From an uncultured bacterium (GTDB lineage Bacteria > Oederibacteriota > JAAXVQ01), in NCBI GenBank assembly GCA_964593065.1, contig CAZQGO010000004.1, positions 51,832 to 115,831 on the forward strand: a stretch of DNA of 64,000 nt. Reading direction: 5' to 3'. Below are positions 56,400 through 64,000 of the stretch, in pieces. The notes beneath the pieces were generated by a model, which was not told the origin of the DNA, searched no databases, and saw nothing but the letters and a program-made list of their open reading frames with translations. A program made the translations under genes and the position numbers. Each line of letters begins with the position of its first letter. Position 1 is the stretch's first letter.

Positions 56400-57708
56400 G
56401 GAGATCTTCCACCCGGATGACCAAAGTCGGCTGCATCACCACCGGGATCTTGTCGATGATGTCAACCGCCGCGCGGATATTTTCCTCGCGCGCCTCGTAG
56501 GTCATGATGACGATGGGAACCATGTCTCCTTCGCGCCTGGCTTTCTGGATGACGGAGGCGATGGAAATTCCTTTCTGCCCCAGGATGCTGGAAATCTTGG
56601 CGATGACCCCGGCTTCATCCCGGACATTGAACCGGAGGTAATAGGGAGAAACCAGTTTGGCGAAGGGCATGATCTTCAGTTTGCCGTCCCGGTTCGGGAG
56701 GTAATACACGCTGGGGACCTTTCCTGCGACCTGCATGTGGATATTCCGGGAGATGAAGATGATATCCGATACCACCGCCGAAGCGGTGGGCATCTCGCCC
56801 GCCCCTTTGCCGTAAAACATGACGGGGCCCACCGCGTCCCCTACGATGTAAATGCCGTTGTAGACGCCCTGGACCGACGCCAGCAAGTGATCCGAGGGAA
56901 TCAGCGTCGGATGCACCCGCACCTGCACCCGTCCCTCCGGAGTCTGGCGGGCGATCCCCAGCAATTTGATGACCCGGTCAAATTCCTCGCGGGCATAGAC
57001 AATATCCTGGGTGGTGATGCGGGTGATGCCCTCCACAAAGACATCCTGGGGGTGGACCCAGCGTCCAAAAGCCACGGAGGCCAGGATCACCAGCTTGTGC
57101 AGGGTGTCGATGCCCTCCACATCCAAGCTCGGATCCGCCTCCGCGTACCCTTGCTGTTGGGCTTGCAGCAGGGCCGCCTGATATTCCCGGCCCCGTCCCA
57201 TCTCCGTCAGGAGGTAATTGGCCGTTCCGTTGATGATGCCGTAGATCCCCTGGACGTGGTTGGCGGCCAAGCCGTCGTTCAGCGCCTGGACGATGGGGAT
57301 CCCGCCTCCCACCGAGGCCTCGAAATAAATTTCAGCCGAAGATTCCAGGGCGGTGTGATGGATCTCGTCCCAGTGTTTGGCCAGCAAGGCCTTGTTGGCG
57401 GTTACGACATGCTTGCCGGCGCGAAGGGCCTCCAGAATGAAAGTCCGGGCCGGTTCTTCCCCGCCGATCAGTTCCACCACGATCTGGATTTCCGGGTCCC
57501 GGATCACCTCGCGGGCCTCGGTGGTCAGGATCCCGGCATCGACAGGAACGCCCCGTTCGCGTTTCAGATCCAGGTCGGCGATGCGCCGGATGACCACGGG
57601 GGTTCCGGCGCGCTGCGCGAGCAGGTCGCTGCTCTGATGAAATATTTTGGTGACGCCCGTGCCGACGGTTCCCCACCCCAATAAGCCAATCTTGATGGCC
57701 TCGCTCAT
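56392..57708 (-). CDS. hom: Homoserine dehydrogenase (with C-terminal ACT domain)
   Basis: …[15 protein letters not shown]… N-terminus. Internal ATG 57708 ([10 protein letters not shown]…) used. Confidence 0.9.
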   Translation of the reverse strand: MSEAIKIGLLGWGTVGTGVTKIFHQSSDLLAQRAGTPVVIRRIADLDLKRERGVPVDAGILTTEAREVIRDPEIQIVVELIGGEEPARTFILEALRAGKHVVTANKALLAKHWDEIHHTALESSAEIYFEASVGGGIPIVQALNDGLAANHVQGIYGIINGTANYLLTEMGRGREYQAALLQAQQQGYAEADPSLDVEGIDTLHKLVILASVAFGRWVHPQDVFVEGITRITTQDIVYAREEFDRVIKLLGIARQTPEGRVQVRVHPTLIPSDHLLASVQGVYNGIYIVGDAVGPVMFYGKGAGEMPTASAVVSDIIFISRNIHMQVAGKVPSVYYLPNRDGKLKIMPFAKLVSPYYLRFNVRDEAGVIAKISSILGQKGISIASVIQKARREGDMVPIVIMTYEAREENIRAAVDIIDKIPVVMQPTLVIRVEDLHA

Positions 57709-57747
57709 GACCAGCGTGTCTCCTTCCCCGCGCAGACAATTCCGAAC

Positions 57748-57775
57748 ATTATACGGACTCTCTCGCACCTGTCAA
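57748..57775 (-). promoter_or_regulatory. Consensus σ70 promoter for hom-thrC-apgM-lysC (TTGACA - 16 nt - TATAAT on minus strand)
   Basis: Perfect hexamers read from the reverse complement: -10 at 57753-57748, -35 at 57775-57770. GGAAGGAGA RBS before the ATG at 57708. Confidence 0.6.
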
Positions 57776-57831
57776 GTTTGCCGATGCATCCGGCGGTCTT
57801 TTCTCGCGGCAGGTTGGCGGGGATATTAATA

Positions 57832-57866
57832 GACCTGCCGTTTTCCTGCGAGAAAAGGCAGGTCGA
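57832..57866 (-). terminator. Stable hairpin (8+5 bp stem) downstream of the TolC-like gene; possible terminator/insulator
   Basis: GACCTGCC g TTTTC ctgcgag GAAAA GGCAGGTC. On the minus strand it is followed by AU-rich UAUUAAUAU rather than a clean U-run. Confidence 0.3.
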
Positions 57867-57951
57867 AGCGCGCCGCCGGCAGGGGATGCCGGACCCCGCC
57901 GGCGGTTCCCGCAGCTCGTAAAAAAAAACCAAACCCGGGAGAGATTCCGTG

Positions 57952-60198
57952 TTACTTGATTAAGCCCATGGCTTTGAACAAGCCGGAGATGGCCACGTAG
58001 TAATCCGAGAGTGCCTTGACGTATTCCACTCTCTGTTCGGCCAGGCTGATTTCGGACGTGAGGACCTGTGACAGCGGAATTTCGTCCATCATCTGCTTGG
58101 CCCGGTTGACCTCCAGGTCTTTTTCGCGGAACTTGATCTTGGACAGGGTCGCCGTCACTTGGGTCATGGCTCTCTGGTACTTGAAATAATTCTCCTCCAC
58201 CTCGTTGGCGACCTTCCCCCGCAACTCGATCAAATCCGCTTCGCTGGTGGCTTGCTGGACCTGGGCCTTGGATACCTTGGAAAAGTTTTCCATTTTATCA
58301 AAGAAATCAACTTCCGCTTTGTGGGTCAGCGAGTCCTTGACGTTGTTCTGCGTACCGATGGTTTGAGGAATGGTTTTCTTCTTTTCCAGCAAATACTTGG
58401 CCGTATTGGCGCCGATCATCCATGACAGGTCCAGTTTGAGATTGTATTCATCGTCCAGCACGAATTTTTCGTTGGCCTTGTTCTGGCCCGTCTTGCCCAC
58501 GTACCCGATGAATTTCACCAGGGGGTAGGCATCGGCCATGGCGATTTTGATGCCATAGAGGTCCGAGAGCGTGGTTAACTCGTTGACGGCCAGGTCCGGA
58601 CGGTTTTTAAACGCCAATTCCAGGCATTCATCCAGCGAATAGTTGAAATTGAAATCGGTAAAAGTCAAAACGGCGTCGATCTGGATGCCGATGGAAGGAT
58701 CGATGTTGCAGGCTTGGCGCAACTCCAGTTCGGCCAGGGTGATTTCCTGCTGGTAGGTCAGCAACTGATAATAGGTTTGATCGGTTTGGGACTGGACATT
58801 CAGGAACTCGTGGAATGAATTCAAGCCCTGGCGGTAGGCTTCGCGGGAAAAAGCCAAAGCCGACTCGGCCGCCTTCGAGAGGTCGGCCTGGATATCGAAG
58901 GTCATCTGGGCCGCGATCAGGCTGTAATAGGCTTTTTCCACTTTGAAGACGGCTTCCTGCCGGGCCTGCTGGTATTTTTTCTTGGCCATGGCCAGATTGT
59001 TCTTCGCCTGCCGCAGGGTGTAGACCAGTTTACCCCCCTGGAAAAATATCTGCTCGCCTTCGAGCCCGTATTTCAGGCTTTTGAATCCCATGTCCTCGGT
59101 GGCGCTCGGCGTGGTTTGTTCCTCCGCGGTGCCCTCCTCGCGTTCCCACGTTCCCTTCACCAGCGGCAGAAATTCCCGTTCGGCTTCCTGGACCTTGAAA
59201 CGCTCATATTGAACCTGTTTCAAGGCCACCTGGACGCGCCGGTCGTTCAATAAAGCCACCCGTTTGCACTCCTCCAGCGTAGTCAAAATGCTGGGAATCC
59301 TTTCCGCCTGCTCGAGGGCTTTTTCAATTTCCGCCATTTCACCCTCGGGCGCCTCCTCCGCCCAGCCTTCCCACTCCTCCTCGCCCGGCACGGGCTCCGT
59401 AAAAGCCTCTTCCCCCTCTTCGGGCGCAAAAATTTCGTATTCTTCCTCGGGAGCCAGCTCCTCTTCCTGGGGCGCGGCGCCCTCCTCGCCCGCACCCGCT
59501 TCCTCCTCCAGGAATTGCTCTTCTTCGGATAATTCCCCTTCCGGGGTCGCGGACGGGGCTTCCGCACCGCCCGCGGCCTCCGGCGGTTGGCTCTCAAAGC
59601 CCTCTTCAGGCGCTTCCGGAGTTTCCTCTCCGGGCATCCATTCTTCCTCGCCGGCGAAAGGCGGGGTCGTCGCGGCTTCGGGCGCGGCTTCTTCGGAGGG
59701 AGGTTCCTCCGTCGCCGCGGCTCCTCCCGCTTCCTCGCCGAAGGGCGATTCCGCCGGCGCGGTTTCCTCTTCGAAAAAATATTCTTCCGGTTCTTCTCCC
59801 GGCGCCGTTTCGCCCGCTGCAGGAGCCGCTTCGGGTTCCGCGGCTTCGGGAGGCTGTCCGGTCTCTGTCGGCGCTGCATTTTCCTCGGCCGGCGCTTCTT
59901 CGGTGAATAATCCTTCCTCGTCCTCCGACTCCGGAGGCAACGGTTCGACGGGCGCCGGCTCTTCGGCCGGGGCGGCTTCCGGTGATGCCTCGGTTTCCTC
60001 GCCGGCCGCGGGTTCCTCGGCGGCATCCTCATCTACGTATTCATCCACATATTCGTCTTCGTAATACTCCTCGTATTCAGTATCCTGATCGTTGGCCTGC
60101 GTCTCGGCGGCTTGTATCCACGAGGGCGCACTTACTCCCAGGGCGCCTCCCAGCAGCATCAGGCCGATGAGTGTGAAGATCCTCAACCAACGCGACAT
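57952..60198 (-). CDS. TolC/OprM-family outer membrane efflux protein with ~300-aa acidic (E/A/P-rich) low-complexity N-terminal region
   Basis: Signal peptide at internal ATG 60198 (MSRWLRIFTLIGLMLLGGALG…), then an E/P/A-rich tract, then tandem TolC-like coiled-coil/β-barrel repeats. Confidence 0.75.
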   Translation of the reverse strand: MSRWLRIFTLIGLMLLGGALGVSAPSWIQAAETQANDQDTEYEEYYEDEYVDEYVDEDAAEEPAAGEETEASPEAAPAEEPAPVEPLPPESEDEEGLFTEEAPAEENAAPTETGQPPEAAEPEAAPAAGETAPGEEPEEYFFEEETAPAESPFGEEAGGAAATEEPPSEEAAPEAATTPPFAGEEEWMPGEETPEAPEEGFESQPPEAAGGAEAPSATPEGELSEEEQFLEEEAGAGEEGAAPQEEELAPEEEYEIFAPEEGEEAFTEPVPGEEEWEGWAEEAPEGEMAEIEKALEQAERIPSILTTLEECKRVALLNDRRVQVALKQVQYERFKVQEAEREFLPLVKGTWEREEGTAEEQTTPSATEDMGFKSLKYGLEGEQIFFQGGKLVYTLRQAKNNLAMAKKKYQQARQEAVFKVEKAYYSLIAAQMTFDIQADLSKAAESALAFSREAYRQGLNSFHEFLNVQSQTDQTYYQLLTYQQEITLAELELRQACNIDPSIGIQIDAVLTFTDFNFNYSLDECLELAFKNRPDLAVNELTTLSDLYGIKIAMADAYPLVKFIGYVGKTGQNKANEKFVLDDEYNLKLDLSWMIGANTAKYLLEKKKTIPQTIGTQNNVKDSLTHKAEVDFFDKMENFSKVSKAQVQQATSEADLIELRGKVANEVEENYFKYQRAMTQVTATLSKIKFREKDLEVNRAKQMMDEIPLSQVLTSEISLAEQRVEYVKALSDYYVAISGLFKAMGLIK

Positions 60199-60233
60199 AA
60201 CCGTTTCTCCCTCAGTTAGGTTGCCAGACGCCC

Positions 60234-63200
60234 TTAACTCCGGGTGACGGCCTGGACCCGAACGCCGAAGAGTTTTTTCAGCCAATTGCCTGCATGGACC
60301 AATATCTTTCGAATATCGTCAAAAATCAGATATACGCTGGGGATATACAATAATGTGAGTACGGTGCTGGACAACAATCCGCCCACCACGGTAATCGCTA
60401 GCGGTGACCACAAATTGGAACCTTCGCTCTGGTCGAGGGCGGTTGGCAGCAGACCCAGTACGGTTGTGGATACCGTCATGAAAATCGGGCGCAACCGGCT
60501 TTGAGAGGCGCCGAGAATGGATTTGATCATGCCGTGGCCCTTTTCCCGCAGCAAATTGATCTGATCCACCAGGATAATGGCGGAATTCACCACCATCCCC
60601 GCCAGCATCAACATGCCGATAAAGACGCCCACGCTTTTGGGTTTCCCGGTGAAGTACAGGGCCAGGACCACTCCGATGACCGCCATGACGACGGAAATCA
60701 TGATGATGAAAGGATGGTAATAGGACTCGAAAAATGCCGCCAGGACCATGTACACCAAAATGATGGTCAGGATGACCGCCAGGGTCAGTTGCTTGGAACT
60801 TTCAATCATTTTGTCGTAGTTGCCGCCGAAGCGGTAGTAGTATCCCTTGGGAAACTCGATGCCTTCCAGGGATTCGCGCACTTTCTGCACCGAAGATCCC
60901 AGGTCGGTGGCGACGGAGGCCGAAACCTGGATCATGCGGGACTTATTTTTCCGCCAGATTTCGGAAGGGCCCAAACCGGGGGAGAAAGTCCCGATCTGGG
61001 ACAAATAATACTGCTGGCCGTCCGGCGCGGATACGGTCAGTTTATTGACGTCGTCCAGGGTTTTGCGGTCCTTCTCCTGCAGGCGGACGATGGTTTCCAC
61101 TTCTTCGCTTTCGGTATGGAATTGGGTGGCGATGACCCCGCGCATCTGCGTGTTGATTTCCTCGGCCAGGGTCTGTACGTTGAGCTCGTATTGCGCCGCC
61201 TTGGCCTTGTCCACCTGGAACCGCATCTCCGGCCGGCCCTCCTTCATGCGGATGCGGATGTCGGCGAAGCCGGGCAGGGACTCCATTTTATTGGCGATCG
61301 CCACGGCCAGCTGTTTGAGGAGCACGTAATCATAGCCGAATAAATCCAGCACAATGCCCTTGGTCCCGACCTGCTGCATCTCCTCGAAATACACGTAGGC
61401 CGGGCGGAACTGGACCAGCTTGGGCCGCAGTTCATCCAGGATCTCCTTCGTGGAGCGTTTGCGCTTCGACATGGGTTGAAACTCGACATGGATCTGGGAT
61501 CGGTTCTGCTCGACCAAGGAGGACATGCTTTTGATTTCCGGAACCTGCGCGAGGAATTTTTCCACCCGCTTCACGATATCGTCCGAAATGTCCAGTTTGG
61601 TGCCGGACGGCAGGGTCAGGTTCACCGTGACCTTGTTTTCCTCGATGCTGCCCATGAATTCCGACCCGATTTTGGTGTTGAGGAAGATCGACAATCCCAG
61701 CATCACCATCACGATGCCGAAAAAGATGTACCGGTAGCGGATGACCAGGCTGAGCAGATGGCGGTAAAAGCCCATGAAAATCCTGCCGAACGTCGGCCGG
61801 GTTTTCTCCGACCAATAGGGGTTCTTGGCCGGCAGGGGTTTGAGCAGCTTGCTGGCCAAAACCGGCAGCAGGGTCTGGGAAACCACCATGGCAACGAGCT
61901 GGGAATAAATTACGGTCAGCGCCAGCCCGGAATAGAGCATGCGGATTTCCTTGTTGACGAAAATGATGGGGATGAACACCACGACGCTGGTGATGTTGGA
62001 GGAAATAATGGCAAAACTGACTTCCTCGCTCCCCACCACGGAGGCTTCGCGCAGGGGTATGCCCTTGTCCAGTTTCTTGAAGACGTTGTCGATGACCACG
62101 ATGCTCCCGTCGATGAGGCTGCCGCAGGCCAAGGCCAGACCGGACAGGGTCATGGTGTTCAAGGTGATGCCCTGAAAGAACATGGGAATGAAGGTCGCCA
62201 GCAACGCCAACGGGATGCCGATGGCGATGATCAGAGGGCTGCGGAAGCTGCGCAGCACGAGAACCAGGATCAGCGTGGCGAGAATGGCGCCGTCCCGCAG
62301 GGAATTTCGCACCGACTCGACGGCCTTCTTAATGGAAATCGACTGGTCCAGCACGGTTACGATCCGGATTCCCTGCGGCAGGCGCTGCTTCAATTTCTCC
62401 AAATAGGCCAGCACGCCGTCGCACACCTGGATGGTATTGGCCTGCCGGTCCTTGTGGATATAGATGGATACCGTGGGCGCCGTGTCGTAGCGGGCAAAAC
62501 CGGCGGGCTCCAAGAAGGAGTCCTTCACCGTGGCGATGTCCCCCAGTTTTAACACGGCCTGCCCTTCCATGGAGACGACGCCGATATTCTTGATGCCCTC
62601 CACGGTTTTGAATTGTCCAATGGTCCGCACCACATACTTGTAACTGCCCTGCTCGATGCCCCCGGCCATTAAATTGACGTTGTTGGCATTCAGGACGCGC
62701 ACCACGTGATCGATGGAAAGTCCGTAGGCCTGCAGGCGGGTCTGATCGACCTCCACCAGGATCTTGCGCTCCCGCCCGCCCGAGACCTCCACGTTGGACA
62801 CGCCGCTGACACGCCCCAGCGGTTCCTTGAGGTCACGGTCTGCAATGCGGCGCATTTCCTCCGTACTGATGACGTCGGACAGGCAGGCGAAAATCATGAT
62901 CGGTGCGTCGGCCACGTCATACTTGCCCAAGATGGGCTTGCGGATCCCCTTGGGAAGCTTGTTGCGCACCTTGGCGAATTTTTCCCGCACTTCGAGGGCG
63001 GCGAAATCCATGTTGGTGCCGGGTTCGAACTGGAGGATGGTTTCGGATTTGCCGTCCTCGGAGGAGGATTCAATGGACTTGAGGTGGGAAACGGTGGCAA
63101 CCGCCTCCTCCACCTTTTTCGTGACCATGCTTTCCACTTCGGTCGGCGGCACCCCGGGATAGGTGATGTTGATGGTCACCACCGGATAGCTCGTGTTGGG

Positions 63201-63323
63201 CATGAGCTCCACGGGCAGGCGCGACAGGGAGATGAGCCCCAAGACGGAGGTTCCCAGGAAGACCATGGAGATCGTGACCGGGCGTTTGATGAAAAATGCC
63301 GGAAGACCCATGGGCTTAGGCAA
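60234..63323 (-). CDS. RND family efflux transporter permease (AcrB/MdtC-like, 1029 aa)
   Basis: 12-TM/two-large-loop RND architecture; N-terminus MPKPMGLPAFFIKRPV…. Confidence 0.92.
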   Translation of the reverse strand: MPKPMGLPAFFIKRPVTISMVFLGTSVLGLISLSRLPVELMPNTSYPVVTINITYPGVPPTEVESMVTKKVEEAVATVSHLKSIESSSEDGKSETILQFEPGTNMDFAALEVREKFAKVRNKLPKGIRKPILGKYDVADAPIMIFACLSDVISTEEMRRIADRDLKEPLGRVSGVSNVEVSGGRERKILVEVDQTRLQAYGLSIDHVVRVLNANNVNLMAGGIEQGSYKYVVRTIGQFKTVEGIKNIGVVSMEGQAVLKLGDIATVKDSFLEPAGFARYDTAPTVSIYIHKDRQANTIQVCDGVLAYLEKLKQRLPQGIRIVTVLDQSISIKKAVESVRNSLRDGAILATLILVLVLRSFRSPLIIAIGIPLALLATFIPMFFQGITLNTMTLSGLALACGSLIDGSIVVIDNVFKKLDKGIPLREASVVGSEEVSFAIISSNITSVVVFIPIIFVNKEIRMLYSGLALTVIYSQLVAMVVSQTLLPVLASKLLKPLPAKNPYWSEKTRPTFGRIFMGFYRHLLSLVIRYRYIFFGIVMVMLGLSIFLNTKIGSEFMGSIEENKVTVNLTLPSGTKLDISDDIVKRVEKFLAQVPEIKSMSSLVEQNRSQIHVEFQPMSKRKRSTKEILDELRPKLVQFRPAYVYFEEMQQVGTKGIVLDLFGYDYVLLKQLAVAIANKMESLPGFADIRIRMKEGRPEMRFQVDKAKAAQYELNVQTLAEEINTQMRGVIATQFHTESEEVETIVRLQEKDRKTLDDVNKLTVSAPDGQQYYLSQIGTFSPGLGPSEIWRKNKSRMIQVSASVATDLGSSVQKVRESLEGIEFPKGYYYRFGGNYDKMIESSKQLTLAVILTIILVYMVLAAFFESYYHPFIIMISVVMAVIGVVLALYFTGKPKSVGVFIGMLMLAGMVVNSAIILVDQINLLREKGHGMIKSILGASQSRLRPIFMTVSTTVLGLLPTALDQSEGSNLWSPLAITVVGGLLSSTVLTLLYIPSVYLIFDDIRKILVHAGNWLKKLFGVRVQAVTRS

Positions 63324-64000
63324 CCTCCTTGGTGGCGCCGGACACGCCGGATTTTATCCGCGCGGACAAATTTTCGAAAACCAGATAAATCGCCGGAATG
63401 ACCACGATGGTTAAAAAGGTCGAAGACGTCAAACCGCCGATGACCGTGACCGCCAGGGGCGCCATCAACTCGGAACCTTCGCCCAGGGACAGGGCCAAAG
63501 GCACGAGGGCGATGACGGTGGAAATGGCCGTCATGAGGATGGGACGCAGCCGCGTCCGGCTTGCTTGGATCACGGCATCCTCGGCGTCGGCACCTCGTTC
63601 CCGCAGGAGGTTGGTGTAGTCGATCAGGATGATGCCGTTGGACACCACGATCCCGATCAACATGATCACGCCGATCAGGACCACGATGGAGATGGGGGTC
63701 TGGGTCAGGAACAGGATCAGCATGACGCCGATCAAGGACAAGGGCACCGTGAACATGATAATGAAGGGCTGCAGCAGCGATTCGAACTGGGAGGCCATGA
63801 TCATATACACCAGCAGAATGGCCAGGGAAAAGGCAAAGGCCAGGCTCTGGAAGGATTCCTGCATCTGCTGGCTTTCGCCGCCCAGTTCCACGGAATAGCC
63901 TTCCGGCATGCGGTAGGCCTTGAGTTTTTTCTGGACCTCGGTGATGATTTCATTCAGGCCGCGCTTGTAAATGTTGGCCGTGACCAGGATGATGCGCTGG
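63316..64000 (-). CDS. RND family efflux transporter permease, C-terminal part (gene continues beyond window end; MdtB-like partner)
   Basis: C-terminal RND TM bundle. The reading frame remains open to nt 64000. 8-nt overlap with the downstream RND gene. Confidence 0.8.
   Translation of the reverse strand, partial: QRIILVTANIYKRGLNEIITEVQKKLKAYRMPEGYSVELGGESQQMQESFQSLAFAFSLAILLVYMIMASQFESLLQPFIIMFTVPLSLIGVMLILFLTQTPISIVVLIGVIMLIGIVVSNGIILIDYTNLLRERGADAEDAVIQASRTRLRPILMTAISTVIALVPLALSLGEGSELMAPLAVTVIGGLTSSTFLTIVVIPAIYLVFENLSARIKSGVSGATKEVA

Noticed and set aside
59264-60064. Repeat-rich DNA and overlapping ORFs on both strands (59264..60064 +, 59283..60032 -, 59587..59910 +); considered CRISPR/tandem repeat or a separate gene
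   Set aside because: Periodicity is codon-level (GAG/GCC/CCG) from the acidic E/A/P tract of the TolC-like gene, not a repeat-spacer array. Alternative frames give Ser/Ala- or Arg/Lys-rich nonsense.

Overview
This is a high-GC (roughly 60-65%) bacterial chromosomal segment with no CRISPR array, IS element or rRNA gene; most genes sit on the minus strand. Gene order starts with a truncated outer-membrane β-barrel 3' end, GTP-type PEPCK and NfnAB (sulfide-dehydrogenase-like), followed by a 725-bp AT-rich non-coding island. Next comes a minus-strand operon of MCP, a hypothetical protein, psd, pssA and thrS. This is followed by yebC, a divergent promoter region, a small RHH protein and two tandem PilZ proteins, a secreted unknown protein, yajC–tgt and a DUF72 gene. 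A tightly overlapping operon encodes a KaiC homologue fused to a response-regulator receiver domain plus two sensor histidine kinases, and upstream of it are a GGDEF/GAF diguanylate cyclase, queA and a SpoIID-like gene. Further along are a UvrD helicase fused to a Cas4/AddB-like nuclease, a Ton-type cluster (TonB–ExbD–ExbB–OM barrel–1000-aa TPR protein), a CPA2 antiporter, a degenerate HAD trehalose-phosphatase-like gene, and an ATPase(DUF234)/RNase-H-like exonuclease pair. Then come hup, a small basic Zn-ribbon protein, yraN–rnhB–rplS–trmD–rimM–KH–rpsP, tRNA-Phe and tRNA-Thr, and secA. After these are an aminotransferase, trxB–trxA, lysC–apgM–thrC–hom, a TolC-like outer membrane factor with a ~300-aa acidic low-complexity N-terminal region, and two tandem RND transporters (the last truncated at the window end). 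Several intergenic regions carry near-consensus σ70 promoters and one clear intrinsic terminator. The ORF track reports GTG/TTG starts as M, so several starts were re-derived; hand-indexed coordinates carry ±1–2 nt uncertainty. The most interesting candidates are the KaiC-REC/two-HK module, the ATPase + RNase-H-like exonuclease pair, the AT-rich island, the RHH–PilZ pair with an operator-like palindrome, and the acidic-tailed TolC homologue.
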